This document shows positions 63,647 through 64,000 of a DNA stretch of 64,000 bases, piece after piece. Below the pieces are notes generated by a model that had not been told where the DNA came from, ran no database searches, and saw nothing but the letters and a program-made list of their open reading frames with translations. Made by a program: the position numbers and the translations under genes. The stretch is from Glaucostegus cemiculus (taxonomy: Eukaryota), in the NCBI GenBank assembly GCA_976551045.1, contig CDPCPM010000479.1, positions 496,001 through 560,000 of the forward strand, written 5' to 3'. Numbering within the stretch: the stretch's first letter is position 1; each line of letters opens with the position of its first letter.

Positions 63647-64000
63647 CTGATCTGATGGTCTTTTCAGTCATAGCCCTCTCTTCCAGGTTAGCAGTTTTTT
63701 TTAAAATCCAGAACTTACCATCAAAGTGCAAGTGCTATATTTAACTCCATGCAAATATAGTAACTCATGAAGCAGGGGCTGCATTTTAGAGGCCCATTAT
63801 ATGAGCATGGAGCTCACTCCAACACTGTTGCAACTACTTTTCAAGACTATTACTACATATTAGGAAAACAGCTATATATTATAAAATGCCAACGGAGTAC
63901 AATAGTGCCTTTAATGTCCCATAGTAATTCACAAAGGTATAATTAAAAATGAGTGCCAAGTTAAAGATGATGCTGTTGTTAGGGCAAAAAGGAAGTGTGG

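Noticed and set aside
1-64000. Short ORFs of the six-frame track as host genes
   Set aside because: They are TE-derived, antisense to TE ORFs, or low-complexity with no recognisable domain; I found no chain of spliceable exons.

Overview
Eukaryotic, AT-rich, CpG-depleted vertebrate DNA that reads as a large intron or gene desert. I can support no host protein-coding exon, rRNA or tRNA gene. The repeat set points to a cartilaginous fish (shark/ray); this is inferred, not database-confirmed. The window contains many decayed CR1 LINEs, including a near-complete minus-strand copy at ~22.5-26.4 kb with a Zn-finger/coiled-coil/SGNH-esterase ORF1. It also holds Rex1/Babar, RTE and L2-like fragments, tRNA-head V-SINEs and at least ten Penelope-like (GIY-YIG) fragments. 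The most notable signal is a family of minimal type-I hammerhead-ribozyme motifs in the Penelope terminal repeats. There are 7+ copies, each with at least one core mutation, and two of them form a head-to-head palindrome at ~18.7 kb. Other highlights are a V-SINE with two alternative LINE-derived tails (CR1-type vs Rex1-type), a 686-bp tandem duplication with AGTTT microhomology, a triple splice-donor cluster in a CR1 5'UTR, and several enhancer-like unique segments. TE boundaries were read by eye and are approximate (tens of bp).
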